A stretch of 47,958 nucleotides of DNA from positions 1 to 47,958 of the IMG/VR virus record IMGVR_UViG_3300037478_000109. The stretch is one strand, 5' to 3'. Below, piece after piece: positions 26,601-35,642 of the stretch; positions within the stretch are counted from its first letter, which is position 1, and each line of letters opens with the position of its first letter. The stretch comes from a virus. Taxonomy: Duplodnaviria; Caudoviricetes. The notes beneath the pieces are model-generated. The model was not told where the DNA came from. It did no database searches and saw nothing but the letters and a program-made list of their open reading frames with translations. The translations under genes and the position numbers were made by a program.

Positions 26601-27072
26601 ACCGGACGTGGTCCCCCACGCGGCGGGCTACGGGGTTGACCATCGCACCCGCCTCGCCCATCCCCCGGAGCGCCTGGGCCCCGGCCCGCCCGACCATCCC
26701 GGCCCCGACGAGCCCGCCCAGCGCGTCCAGCGCGCTGAGGAACTGGAGCCCCGTGCCCATGACCGGGTGCCCCTCCTCGATCATCTGCGTACCGGCCCGG
26801 TGGCCCTCCAGCGCCCCGAAGGGCGTCAGGGTCTCCAGCGGGCGGCGCTGGGCCTCCTCGACCACCTGGCGCCCGAAGCCCCAGATACCGCGGCCCCGGG
26901 TGGGGTCCACGGCCTCGCGCACGGTGCCCAGCGCGTTCTGGAGCCACAGCGGCCCGCGCGCCGGGCCGATGGACGGCTGGCCCGGGTCCACCTGAATCGG
27001 CGCCTGACGCGCCCGGGCGGCGTCGGGCTGCGCGAACAGGGACTGTAGACGGGCTAGGAGTTCGGGGTCCAA
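23629..27072 (-). CDS. Large multidomain internal virion/ejection protein (polyvalent-protein-like)
   Basis: 1147 aa, last late gene; segments THYG...DPARYGTGQAGEER, KTEREWSGIDKWL, EYTLPGG...HWDEDNAMTHIR...NELQDDWAQAGR, GMTAFYD. Confidence 0.75.
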   Translation of the reverse strand: MDPELLARLQSLFAQPDAARARQAPIQVDPGQPSIGPARGPLWLQNALGTVREAVDPTRGRGIWGFGRQVVEEAQRRPLETLTPFGALEGHRAGTQMIEEGHPVMGTGLQFLSALDALGGLVGAGMVGRAGAQALRGMGEAGAMVNPVARRVGDHVRSLPGGEAITGRLPRPVLEGSEETIRLTHYGPRAKDLDVIDPARYGTGQAGEERARFAAYPEEAVKPSFWYGEGGRVEPRFRGQPSVDVDVPAASHLRDMDQIQDFYRAATESLQTEGLPAHGNQAKNRMEALMADAGWEGYGVGGVNVRFNPTPATERGRRHLSQVEAHYADPENKGSTFTLGGENVLGKDTYSVAAFPGDDKVVPGPLTPSVLREFEEEFAEALAEPGRGVGTWERAAESGDEVVLDVVDLVPGQGEAEHLSRVRGQDGYFHLGGGGYIPTPDRRAAESALRPGGQRASDPGAEDIAREAQAAVNRGTIEQGRAAGERSYLGGDVDPVTALQREAVTEDLASARGLGESGGVEAPTPPAGQVDTGMSGTWISPVRAFLETHPKIPAKTTGVRWQKLLRNAPQSKTEREWSGIDKWLESRRGESITRAEVEEFFEANRPRLTETVLGRRTSFKIGDRVGDLDGEIAERLPAGDYLVAYSDGTEQIVNEASLGSASEPKFAEYTLPGGEGDYKVIITRLEPRASGNQDPYQVVFNPEGVQTYKSPHWDEDNAMTHIRTETHRGADGGRYTMVNELQDDWAQAGRDRGFQTDQTLGYIVRNRHSGNYSDVHPSRESAEQYLAGLPENMHPVLEIVEQPAQQARGAVPDRPYKETAEWVGLGVHRAIQEALESGTDGVAMIRGEQAADMFDLRKHVERLEWDGHELVAHDLQGDEVLRETVRTPEELEQYIGKGPAERLTSREAQFETSAPDVREYIEGYGNGKGLTSEQEEILDYIADEMESSGKTWDRVISGSNFTDEEMGFLVDVAYDVKSSRRVIEGEDLAVGGEGMTAFYDELVPGVMRAQAKRLGLTVEDVPIGITELDARDGIQYELQGDVYRVREHGIILGTGRTMEEAKARAVVTLGEEAAINTHPVIRITPADRERLQREGLRLGAALPEAVAGAAAAGGAAVGIPLLLQRLREREDEAPAQRPPPDLSFLRR

Positions 27073-27119
27073 GGTGTTATATTTCCTCGATCGTGTACTT
27101 TTCGTGCGGAGGAAAACCG

Positions 27120-27206
27120 ATGTACGCTGTCCTCATGGGGTTCCTGGCGGGCGGGCTCGTGACGCTGGTGTGGCTCTGGCTGTACCTGGACGAGCCTATC
27201 GGCTAG
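27120..27206 (+). CDS. Antisense 28-aa membrane peptide
   Basis: GGAGG RBS then MYAVLMGFLAGGLVTLVWLWLYLDEPIG; TGnTATATT extended -10 at 27076-27084. Confidence 0.6.
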   Translation: MYAVLMGFLAGGLVTLVWLWLYLDEPIG

Positions 27207-28641
27207 GGGCGAACAGGCTCGCCCCCACCGCGCCGCCGGTCACACCGATGGCGGCCGACTTGATCGACGAGCTGAAGAACGCCGCGATGTCAGCGTTGCG
27301 GGACTCGCGCTTTATCATCTGCTGGAGCGTCTGGAACGGGACGCCGCTCTCGCCCCCGGGGAAGAGCGCCGCCACCTTGCGGCGGGTGTCCTCGCCCGCG
27401 TCCATGTACTTGGTGAGGAGGTCCACGGCGCCTTCGTCGCGGGCCCCGAGTTGGGCCGTGATCCGGGACAGCATCCCCTCATTGAAGAAGTCCCGCTCCG
27501 GTGCCGAGCGCAGCCGCGCCCGGTTCTCCGCGACCAGGTCCGCCTCCCGGTCGAACATCGACCACCCCTTGTCGAACGCCCGGTCCTGCGAGCTGACGCG
27601 GGCCCACGCCCGGTCAGCCTCACGCAGCGGCTCCCCGACCATGTCCTCCATGATCTCGGTCAGCTCGTCCGCCCGGCCCTGGCCCTCACGGCCCGCCTTG
27701 CGCAGCGATCCCCGGAGATCCTGGAGATCCTGGAACGAGGGCTGGTTCGAGGAGCCGCGGACCAGGACGCCCGTGCGCCGGCCGGGGCCGGAGCGGATGC
27801 CCGTCTGGCCCGGGCGGAACTGTCGCGGCACCTTCGTGCGGAGCACGGGGTCCGTCCCGAGATCCTGAAGGAACTGCGACACGCGCGGGTCGTCGATCGC
27901 CTCGAACTGCTCCTGGATCGGGCGGTAGAACGTGTCCTGAACGCGGAGCTTCTCCGCCTCGATCTTGGCCTTCGACGCGGGGCGCGAGCCCTCAAGCCCG
28001 GACAGTTCCCGCATCCGGGAACCGACGCGCTCACCCCGCGCGGCGCGAGACCCGAGCACGCCCCCGAGAAGTCCGGCGGGCGCGCCGAGCGCGGCGCCGG
28101 CCGCAGCGCCGTAGGGCGCGGAGGCGGCGGCGGCTTCGAGCCGCTCCCCGGGCTCCGCGGCCCCGGCGCCGGCCGCGGCCCCACCGATGCCCCCGAACAG
28201 CCCGCCCCGGGCCGCACCGGTAAGCGCGCCGCGCGCGGCGCCGGGCGCCATACGCGCGGCGCCCAGGGCCGGGGCCGCCGGGAGGAGCATGGCCCCTGCC
28301 ATACCCGCGGCGGCTGTGGCGCCCGGCGCGTGCTCCTGGCGCAGCCCCTGGGCCCGACGCATCCGGTCGCCCGTGCGGGGCGATGCGGCGCCGACGATCT
28401 CGTCCATGAACCCAAACGAGAGCCCCTGGCCCGCGGCGCCTAGGGCGCTGCGCACCGGGTGCTCCCCGACCTCGGCCATCTCCTGCGACGCCACGAGGTC
28501 CTCCGCGGACTCCACGGCCATGCGGAGCGCGAAGATGTTCGGGTAGTCCGTCATCTCGGCGACGATACTATCCACGTACTGAGGATCTTCGCCCGCGGCG
28601 AGCGCCTCCCGGGCGAGCCGTAGCGCCTCGTTCGGGTCCAT
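27196..28641 (-). CDS. Internal virion/DNA ejection protein
   Basis: GQGLSFGFMDEI motif, Gly/Ala-rich hydrophobic stretch, position in the podoviral ejection cluster. Confidence 0.75.
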   Translation of the reverse strand: MDPNEALRLAREALAAGEDPQYVDSIVAEMTDYPNIFALRMAVESAEDLVASQEMAEVGEHPVRSALGAAGQGLSFGFMDEIVGAASPRTGDRMRRAQGLRQEHAPGATAAAGMAGAMLLPAAPALGAARMAPGAARGALTGAARGGLFGGIGGAAAGAGAAEPGERLEAAAASAPYGAAAGAALGAPAGLLGGVLGSRAARGERVGSRMRELSGLEGSRPASKAKIEAEKLRVQDTFYRPIQEQFEAIDDPRVSQFLQDLGTDPVLRTKVPRQFRPGQTGIRSGPGRRTGVLVRGSSNQPSFQDLQDLRGSLRKAGREGQGRADELTEIMEDMVGEPLREADRAWARVSSQDRAFDKGWSMFDREADLVAENRARLRSAPERDFFNEGMLSRITAQLGARDEGAVDLLTKYMDAGEDTRRKVAALFPGGESGVPFQTLQQMIKRESRNADIAAFFSSSIKSAAIGVTGGAVGASLFAPSR

Positions 28642-29766
28642 CTAGTTCCCCCTCGGCCGCAGGAACGGGTTGGCGCCGGCCTCCGGCGCCGAGGGCGCGG
28701 GAATCCCGACGCGCGTGAGGATCTCGTTCGCGGCGGCGGCGTCCATCTGGGACGGGTCGTCCGAGAACATGATCGCCGCGAGCGCCCGGGCCTGAGCCTT
28801 CTGGTCCCGGACGTCCTTGCTGTCGCCGCCGGACGTCGTGAACGCCACGCGGTAGTTCGCGCGCTCCATCTCCGTCATCTGGGCGCCCGACAGGATCGGC
28901 ACGAACGCGCTGACCCACCGGTCCCGGGCCGCGCTCGCCATCTGACCTGTCGGCGATACCGCCTGGAGGCCGACGTTAGCGAGCGTACCGAGGACGCCAC
29001 CCTCGCGGGCCCACCCACTGAGGACGCTCACGATCGGGTTCGCCAGCTCCGCGTCGTACTGACCGAGGACCTCCTCCGCGTCTGACATGATCCGGGCGAG
29101 GTTCTGGTTCTTCTGAGCGAACGAGTCCGCGCCACCGCCGCTACTGAGCGGGAGCCCGACACGCGCCGCGGGGGCGCCCGTCACCGGGTCTACCGCGTAC
29201 ACGTAGGGCTGATCGTCGTCCGGGCGCTGAACCGTGATGAAGCGGGACGACTCCTCGGGCGCCGGGACGGCGTTGCTGAAGTCGTACTGGCCCGAGGTCG
29301 GGTCGAACGCCGCGATCACGGGCTCGCCCGTCTCGGGGTGGACCGTCTCCTGGCGCTGGAGCGCGCGGGGCTGGGGCTGGCTCGCCTGCATGGACGTGAG
29401 GGCGGCCGTCAAGACCTTGGCCGACTCCATGTCCCCTGTCGCGATAGCCTGCACGAGCATCTGACGGGCGGTTGGGATGTCGATCCCGGCCTCCCCGAGC
29501 TGGGCGATCTGCTCCCGCCCCTGCTGCTGGACGAGCGCCTCCCGGCCCTGGGCCCCGGTCTGGCGGCCCTGGAGCGCGCCCACGGCGAGAGAGCCCACGG
29601 CGTTGGCTCCGGGCTGAGACGCGCCGGCCACGGTCGTCAGGCCGGCCGTCAGGATCGCGTCCCGCATAGCCTGCTGATTCGCCTCCGGCCCGAGCCTCGG
29701 GTCCGCCCCGCCCCCGAAGAGGGCGGCGAACGGCGACGCGGCGCGAGCGAGTAGTCCGCGCGGCAT
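28642..29766 (-). CDS. Internal virion/DNA ejection protein
   Basis: Ala/Gly/Gln-rich helical protein (MPRGLL...) in the ejection cluster. Confidence 0.7.
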   Translation of the reverse strand: MPRGLLARAASPFAALFGGGADPRLGPEANQQAMRDAILTAGLTTVAGASQPGANAVGSLAVGALQGRQTGAQGREALVQQQGREQIAQLGEAGIDIPTARQMLVQAIATGDMESAKVLTAALTSMQASQPQPRALQRQETVHPETGEPVIAAFDPTSGQYDFSNAVPAPEESSRFITVQRPDDDQPYVYAVDPVTGAPAARVGLPLSSGGGADSFAQKNQNLARIMSDAEEVLGQYDAELANPIVSVLSGWAREGGVLGTLANVGLQAVSPTGQMASAARDRWVSAFVPILSGAQMTEMERANYRVAFTTSGGDSKDVRDQKAQARALAAIMFSDDPSQMDAAAANEILTRVGIPAPSAPEAGANPFLRPRGN

Positions 29767-30479
29767 CAGTAACTCCCGTAGCGGTATTGGCCCGGGAGGG
29801 GGGCGTCCTGGAACAGGCTCCCCGGCTGGAACCCGCCACCGCCACTGAGGGCGCTGCCGGCGGCTCCCCCCGCGGGGCCGCCCATGAAGAGGCCGGCGCC
29901 CGTGAGCCCGGCCCCGAGGAGCTGGCCCCAGAAGCTCGGCCCGGGCTGCTCCGTCGTGGAGGTGGAGCCCGTCGGGCCCATCCCCATGTTCAACATCTGC
30001 ATCTGCTGCTGGGCCCGGAACAGGGGCTCCTGCATCTGGCGCTCCTGTAGGGCGCGCTGGTACTCACTGTGCTGGAGGCCCTGGCCGAGCGCGTTCTGGT
30101 ACCCCTGCGACAGGAGCCCGCCAATCTGGCTGGTCTGGGCCCGGTCCAGCTCGCCCATCCGCACGCCCTCCGCGACCCCGTGCCGGGAGCCGCCGAACGC
30201 CCCCGCCCGCGTGGCGGCGTCGTTTGTGGCGAGGCGCGCCTGGCCCCGGAGGTTGTCGAACTCGCCCTGGACGCCGCCGATCACCTGGTTCATGTACGGG
30301 TTCATGAACGGCTGCATCTGTTCCTGGATCGAGCGCGGGTCGGCGCCGAGGAACAGTGGTCCCCCGCCCTGGAGTCCCTGCGCGCCCTGGAGCGCCTGCT
30401 GGCGCATCTGGTTGACGTAGCTCTGGGACTCCGGGTCCAGCCCGGTCTGCTGAGTCGTGGTCTGTCCGCCCTTCGCCAT
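29766..30479 (-). CDS. Internal virion/DNA pilot protein
   Basis: Start MAKGGQTTTQQT (ATG 30479); FMNPYMNQV, AGAFGGSRHGV; Gly-rich hydrophobic C-terminus. Confidence 0.75.
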   Translation of the reverse strand: MAKGGQTTTQQTGLDPESQSYVNQMRQQALQGAQGLQGGGPLFLGADPRSIQEQMQPFMNPYMNQVIGGVQGEFDNLRGQARLATNDAATRAGAFGGSRHGVAEGVRMGELDRAQTSQIGGLLSQGYQNALGQGLQHSEYQRALQERQMQEPLFRAQQQMQMLNMGMGPTGSTSTTEQPGPSFWGQLLGAGLTGAGLFMGGPAGGAAGSALSGGGGFQPGSLFQDAPLPGQYRYGSY

Positions 30480-30481
30480 CC

Positions 30482-30832
30482 CTATATCCCCCGCGTCATC
30501 ACAGTGAGCGCCGGGGACCACCCTTCATCGAGCAAGACACGGTCCCAGCCCCGGCGGCCGGTGAGCGTAGCCATTGTGCAGCCCTGCTCTTTGCCCCAGG
30601 CGAGAACCTTCCGGGAGAGCGCGACAACGGGATCCAGTTTTCCGGCCGCGAGCCAGAAACGTAACATCCTCTTCTGCGGCGTATCTATGACCTCGGAGAC
30701 AATACACGCATCATCGTCCAGCCACAGTTGGGCGGAGCCCTCCGCGATCTGGCGGGCAACGTCCGCGAGCGTGTGCGTCCCGCCCGCGAGGTCTAGGGCC
30801 TTCTGTAGACCCTCCAGGATCTCAGTGGTCAT
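30482..30832 (-). CDS. GNAT-fold-like virion assembly protein
   Basis: AQLW...IVSEVIDTPQKRMLRFWLAAG...WGKEQGC...GRRGW; usual position before ejection genes. Confidence 0.7.
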   Translation of the reverse strand: MTTEILEGLQKALDLAGGTHTLADVARQIAEGSAQLWLDDDACIVSEVIDTPQKRMLRFWLAAGKLDPVVALSRKVLAWGKEQGCTMATLTGRRGWDRVLLDEGWSPALTVMTRGI

Positions 30833-32685
30833 TGGACGGAGGCGGACCAGGCGAAGTCAACGTCCTGGCCCGGATCCTGGTCTACCTCGATCGTGAACTG
30901 CGTAGAGGTCGGCGTGTGCGCCGCGAACTGTGTGGCGGCGCCCCATAGCTCTATCGGCGTGACGCTTATGTCCTCGATGTCGGGCGTGACTCCGAGTCCG
31001 TGCGTGACGACGACGGTTGTGTTGCCGTCGAGAAGGGTGGCGGTGCCGTTCGCCGCAACGCGTGGCAGGACACGCCAAGCCGTGCCGTCATCGAAGTTGA
31101 GCGCCGCGTCGTCGGTGTTGTAGATGACCCTGCCCGCAGTCCCCGCAGCCGGTCGAGTCGCATCCGTGTAGGACGTAAACCGCAGCGGCGCGCCGTTGAG
31201 GAACAGGTCGGCGCTGGTACGCTGTAGGTATACGTCGGCAGCGCTAGCCCCGGTCCCGAAATACACGCGCCGGGTCGCCTCAACCGTTTTGAAGAATGGG
31301 TCGCTGTCTGTGTCCTTCTTCGCTGCGAGCCCATCACCAGTGAGCGCGGCGGTCCAGGTTTCAGGGTCAGCAAGCACGTCCGCGCCAGCCTTGTACGCCC
31401 CCCACACGGGATTCGCGCTTGACGAGGTGTTTCGCCCGGCGACAACTGCGTTAGTGTTGGAGCCCGCGACCATACTACGACGGCTAGAACGCACCGTGTT
31501 CCTGGACGCGCCCGAGGTCTCCGACATCTTATTGTCCGAGATCAGCCGGTAAGCGTCGTAGCCCTCCCAGATCACGTTGTCGATCGCACCGGAGCCGGTG
31601 AACAGAACGGGGCTGCATCCCTCCCAACGACACGTGTTCCAGTAGTTGTTTGGCCCCTCGCAGTACACGGAGTACTCGGGCTCCGCGCTCTCAAACGTAA
31701 CGCCCCAAAAACGGTTGTTGTTCGGGTCGTTAGCGTTCTGGCTGAGCAGCTCGACGTAGCGCGCACCCGTGATGTCAGAACCTTCATTCGACGATATCTG
31801 GAAGCGCCCGCCCCAGAAGTTGTTTTCATTCACGTACCCGCCTGCCGCAGCACCCGGCTGAATTGATAGCCCGACCTCGTTGTTGACGATCTGCGACATG
31901 TGAATGTCGTTGTAGGCACATGCCACGCTGTTGGCCTCTAGCAGCACACCAATCGCGAAGTCCTGCACCCTCGGGATGTGCACCGTGCAGTTGACGAGAT
32001 TCACGAGCCGGATGCCCGTCCCAAGTCCTGCCCAACCCGCGCCCGTCTTGTCGTTCTCGATCTGGGGCAAACGCACATGCTTCCTGAACAGGACGTCGTC
32101 AGGATCAGCGGCCGATCCCGTCGAGACTTCCACGGCGATCGCCACTTCTGGATCAGCCGGCACAAAAACTGCCCCGGTGAAGTCCGCGTGTGTACTAAAG
32201 ACGATCTTATCGCTGATAGTGAACGTACCGCGCCCGACGACTGTACCGCCAGCCGCCGCGGCCTCATCATTCGCCACTTGGATCGCGGCGGTGTCGTCCA
32301 CCCCACCACCCACTGCACCGAACGCTCTCACGTCGAACATACCGCCCGTCACCACCGCCGAGCCGACACGCAGTGTCACCCCCGAGGGTAGTGAAATGCT
32401 GCCAGCGTCGTAGTCCAGTCCTTCCGGCACGTAGACCACGCCGCCCCCGGCGTCGTCGGCGGTCTGGGCCGCGGCGTTGATCGCGGCGGTCCAGTCGCTG
32501 CCGACGAGTAGGGGCGCGAAGCGGGGGTGACGTACGTCGTAGACCTGGCCCCCCAGATCCAGCACCGGTCCGGCCCAGAACACGTCGTTGTTGGTGTCGC
32601 GGAAGATGCCCGCGTCCGTACCACTGAGCCACGGCGTGCCCTGGAACAGGCGCGAGTACGGCGGGGTGATGATCCTGTCAGCCAT
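30829..32685 (-). CDS. Tailspike (pectate-lyase-3-like beta-helix) with C-terminal beta-sandwich
   Basis: FDVRAFGAVGGGVDDTAAIQ and a preceding similar YDVR...DWTAAINAA unit; Asn/Gly-rich coils. Confidence 0.82.
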   Translation of the reverse strand: MADRIITPPYSRLFQGTPWLSGTDAGIFRDTNNDVFWAGPVLDLGGQVYDVRHPRFAPLLVGSDWTAAINAAAQTADDAGGGVVYVPEGLDYDAGSISLPSGVTLRVGSAVVTGGMFDVRAFGAVGGGVDDTAAIQVANDEAAAAGGTVVGRGTFTISDKIVFSTHADFTGAVFVPADPEVAIAVEVSTGSAADPDDVLFRKHVRLPQIENDKTGAGWAGLGTGIRLVNLVNCTVHIPRVQDFAIGVLLEANSVACAYNDIHMSQIVNNEVGLSIQPGAAAGGYVNENNFWGGRFQISSNEGSDITGARYVELLSQNANDPNNNRFWGVTFESAEPEYSVYCEGPNNYWNTCRWEGCSPVLFTGSGAIDNVIWEGYDAYRLISDNKMSETSGASRNTVRSSRRSMVAGSNTNAVVAGRNTSSSANPVWGAYKAGADVLADPETWTAALTGDGLAAKKDTDSDPFFKTVEATRRVYFGTGASAADVYLQRTSADLFLNGAPLRFTSYTDATRPAAGTAGRVIYNTDDAALNFDDGTAWRVLPRVAANGTATLLDGNTTVVVTHGLGVTPDIEDISVTPIELWGAATQFAAHTPTSTQFTIEVDQDPGQDVDFAWSASVQ

Positions 32686-32694
32686 GATCTTCCT

Positions 32695-33042
32695 CTACGG
32701 CACGAAAGCGGACCAGGAGAAGTCCACGTCCTGGCCTGGGTCCTGGTCAACTTCGATTGTGAACTGTGTACTGGTGGGGGTGTGCTTCCAGAACTGTGTG
32801 GCGGCGCCCCACGCCTCACTCGGCGTGACGCTGATGTCCTTGAGGTCGGGCGTGACGCCCAGACCGTGCGTGACGACGACAGTCGTGTTGCCGTCTTCGA
32901 GCGTGACGACGCCGTTCGCCGCGTTCAGCCCCGCCTGGCCGATCTGCTGGAACGCCACCGCGAGCTGGCGCCGGAACTCGGTCTCGTTGCCGGGCTCGTA
33001 CCGGTCGGGCGCACTCGGGAAGCGGACAGGTACGAGACTCAC
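32695..33042 (-). CDS. Small tail protein sharing its C-terminal domain with the tailspike
   Basis: The last 75 aa are 63/75 identical to the tailspike C-terminus. Confidence 0.75.
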   Translation of the reverse strand: MSLVPVRFPSAPDRYEPGNETEFRRQLAVAFQQIGQAGLNAANGVVTLEDGNTTVVVTHGLGVTPDLKDISVTPSEAWGAATQFWKHTPTSTQFTIEVDQDPGQDVDFSWSAFVP

Positions 33043-35027
33043 CGCTCACCCCCCGGCACCACGTCCAACCGGACCGTGCCGAGGCGCCAGTCGGCCTCGG
33101 GCTGGTCGGGCGACGTGCGGACCTCCAGCCGCGCCTGGCGCGCGGTGTGGCGCATATCCACCTTGTCCGCGGTCACGTCGATCTCGACCTCGGTCTCACT
33201 CGCCATGGGGTACATCGCGAGATGGAGCGACAGATCGACCTGACCGAGCGTCCGCTCGTCCGGGACCGCGGCCCGTACGAACATGACGTTGTCGCCCTTG
33301 CCCAACTCTATCGGGCCGCCGATCGCGTACGGCAGATCGTCCACGTCGGGGTAGGCCCGGCCGGACTCGTGCTGCCAGATCACGCCGTCCGGGTCCGACG
33401 CGACGGGGAACGGCAGCGCGCCCGTGTCCTCGCCACCGGTGCGGGCGATGTCGAGCGGGTACCACACGCTGAGCCGGTAGTTGTATACCACCGCCCGGTT
33501 GCACTCGCTGGAGCCGGCGGACGGGTAGTGCCACGCGATCTCGCCGAACTCGGCCCGGTGCTCGGCCCAGACCTTCGACGACTGTACCCGGTTGATGTCG
33601 CCGAACACGTAGTCCGACATCTCGCACGGGAGGGGCGCGGTGTAGCCGTCGTAGGTGAAGAATCCGCGCTGTCCCATCCAGACGGCGCCCTTACCGTAGA
33701 CCGCCATGGACCGGCGGCTGATAGCGCCGTCCTGGCCCACGGGGACCGCGGTGTAAAGGAACGTCCCCCCGATGTAGCGGAGGGCGAACACGTCCGTCTC
33801 GGTCCAGATCAGCGTCTCGCTCTGCGCGCGCCGGCCGGCCAGGATCGCGCCCTTGCCCGGGAGGGGTAGATCCCCGGCGGAGTTCGTGGCGTCCGTGATG
33901 TCCCAGTCAGTGATATCGTCCTGGTCGGGCCACTGTAGGAGGCGGCGGTTGCCGCCCGCGCCCAGGAGCACGACGAAGTTCTCCGGGGTCACGACGACGC
34001 CAGAGTTGTCCTGGGGCACGGTGCCGGCAGAGGGCGAGATGGCGGCCATGGCGCCCCCACCGTCCTGGTCCCAGTACCACAGATCCCCGTCCGCGATGGA
34101 CACCAGGACGAGGTCCTCGCCGTAGTTGTCGATTGACCAGGTGGTGGCCTCCGTCAGCTCCTCCAGGGAGTCGTCCCCGATCCCGAACGGTCCTCCGCCG
34201 AAGAGCCCGGCGCCAAAGTTGCCCGCTTCATACGCGGCGTCGGCCGCGCCCGCCGTCAGACCCCCGGGCGTGATGTCGTCCAGGAGTCCGGCACTGTAGA
34301 CGAGGATGCTCGTGGGCGTGCCCAGCGCGAGGCGGGGGGCGCCCGCGTTCGTGCGCCACGAGTGTGTACCACGTACGGGGCCGCCTATGACCGCGGCTGA
34401 CCCAATCCCTGCTTGCGCGATAAAGGTGTTGACGAACCCACCGAATGTCGGCGTACCGTCTACCCTGAATCGCATGTAATAGTACGGTCCTTCCCCATCA
34501 ACAGTCGTCGTGTCCCAGTCACCCGGGACTGTCCAGGAGACAGTACCCGTCCCTTGGACCGCCATCTTCTGCGTCCCGTCCACCACATCCGCGAGAGCGG
34601 ACCACGCGCTACCGTCCCAGTACTCGTACGCTAAGTCCCAATCGGCGGGGCTGTAGCTGATGTCGCCAACCACCAAGGCCACGGCGTCGAAGGTAGCGTC
34701 CGACGCGAGGTAGAAGGCGTGGTTATCGTCGGCGTGGAAGAACGCGGTAACGTCTCCTCCGGTTACGCCTCCACCCGCGGAGGGGCTGTTGGCCTCACTT
34801 GTGTAATCCACGAACGTCGAGGTGTCGTCGTCGTACGCCAGGGCCGCGGCTACCGGGCCCGCACCCACAGACAACAGGTCCAGCGGCAGCTCCTCCCATC
34901 CGCCGAGGGGCTGCATAACGCCCTCGTGCCACCGGACGAGCTGCGTGTGGTACCAGCGCCCACGGGCGTCGTAGACCGTGCCGGGCTTCACCACGCCCGG
35001 GGGTGGGGTGACGGGGAGGAAGCTCAC
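33039..35027 (-). CDS. Tail hub/stabilisation protein (P22 gp10-like) with an inserted domain
   Basis: PPGVVKPGT..GRWY..LVRW N-terminus; WSIDNYGEDL, WPDQDD..DW, EIAWHYPS, VYNY, WRLG..RLD. Confidence 0.8.
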   Translation of the reverse strand: MSFLPVTPPPGVVKPGTVYDARGRWYHTQLVRWHEGVMQPLGGWEELPLDLLSVGAGPVAAALAYDDDTSTFVDYTSEANSPSAGGGVTGGDVTAFFHADDNHAFYLASDATFDAVALVVGDISYSPADWDLAYEYWDGSAWSALADVVDGTQKMAVQGTGTVSWTVPGDWDTTTVDGEGPYYYMRFRVDGTPTFGGFVNTFIAQAGIGSAAVIGGPVRGTHSWRTNAGAPRLALGTPTSILVYSAGLLDDITPGGLTAGAADAAYEAGNFGAGLFGGGPFGIGDDSLEELTEATTWSIDNYGEDLVLVSIADGDLWYWDQDGGGAMAAISPSAGTVPQDNSGVVVTPENFVVLLGAGGNRRLLQWPDQDDITDWDITDATNSAGDLPLPGKGAILAGRRAQSETLIWTETDVFALRYIGGTFLYTAVPVGQDGAISRRSMAVYGKGAVWMGQRGFFTYDGYTAPLPCEMSDYVFGDINRVQSSKVWAEHRAEFGEIAWHYPSAGSSECNRAVVYNYRLSVWYPLDIARTGGEDTGALPFPVASDPDGVIWQHESGRAYPDVDDLPYAIGGPIELGKGDNVMFVRAAVPDERTLGQVDLSLHLAMYPMASETEVEIDVTADKVDMRHTARQARLEVRTSPDQPEADWRLGTVRLDVVPGGER

Positions 35028-35425
35028 TGGTCCACCAGTCGTTGGGCGTGGCGCCCCTTCGGGTCGAACTCAACGTGGACGTGCGGCGCGCGGTTCCGGT
35101 ATGCCGGGTTCATGGCCGCGGGGCCCTCAGTCACGATGTCGAAGTCCGCCCCGAGGCGCCGCGCCAGTTCCACGGCGAACGCCCGCTGTTCGTCGTGCGT
35201 CAGGAAGCGCCGCGAGCCGTCCGGGCGACGGTGCCACACGCCGATGTCCATCGCCTTGCCCTTGGGGTGCAGCGAGGACCCGCCCGGGGTCGGGGGGCGC
35301 ATCCCGGAGGTGATCCGCAGATCCGCCCCGAACATCTCCTGGTGGAGCGCGCGGGCCTCTGCCCGGGCCATCCACATAGAGGGGTGCATGTCCGGGCTCC
35401 ACCCGGCGTCGGAGAAGACGGTCAC
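35024..35425 (-). CDS. Peptidase M15-type endolysin
   Basis: ITSGMR...SLHPKGKAMDI...HVHVE Zn ligands; GTG 35425 directly after the holin. Confidence 0.8.
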   Translation of the reverse strand: MTVFSDAGWSPDMHPSMWMARAEARALHQEMFGADLRITSGMRPPTPGGSSLHPKGKAMDIGVWHRRPDGSRRFLTHDEQRAFAVELARRLGADFDIVTEGPAAMNPAYRNRAPHVHVEFDPKGRHAQRLVDQ

Positions 35426-35427
35426 GG

Positions 35428-35631
35428 CTACTTCCCCTTGACGATGGCTGTGATCTTCTCCGCCGAACGGACCCCGACGTATCCGCTCATTATGAGCGTC
35501 ATCAAGTCCCACGCCTGGTCGGGAATCGGAGGGCCCACGCCCAGCCACGACAGGTAGATCATGACCGCGAACGCGATCATGGTCAGCGGGCGCCACACGG
35601 CCCGCAGGAACTCCGCCACGCGCTTCTCCAT
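35428..35631 (-). CDS. Holin
   Basis: WRPLTMIAF...GYVGVRSAEK, two TM helices, basic C-terminus; ATG 35631. Confidence 0.78.
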   Translation of the reverse strand: MEKRVAEFLRAVWRPLTMIAFAVMIYLSWLGVGPPIPDQAWDLMTLIMSGYVGVRSAEKITAIVKGK

Positions 35632-35642
35632 TGGTGTCTCCA

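Noticed and set aside
30829-32923. Duplicated tail C-termini as a DGR template/variable repeat pair
   Set aside because: No reverse transcriptase; both copies are coding; differences are largely synonymous and not adenine-specific.
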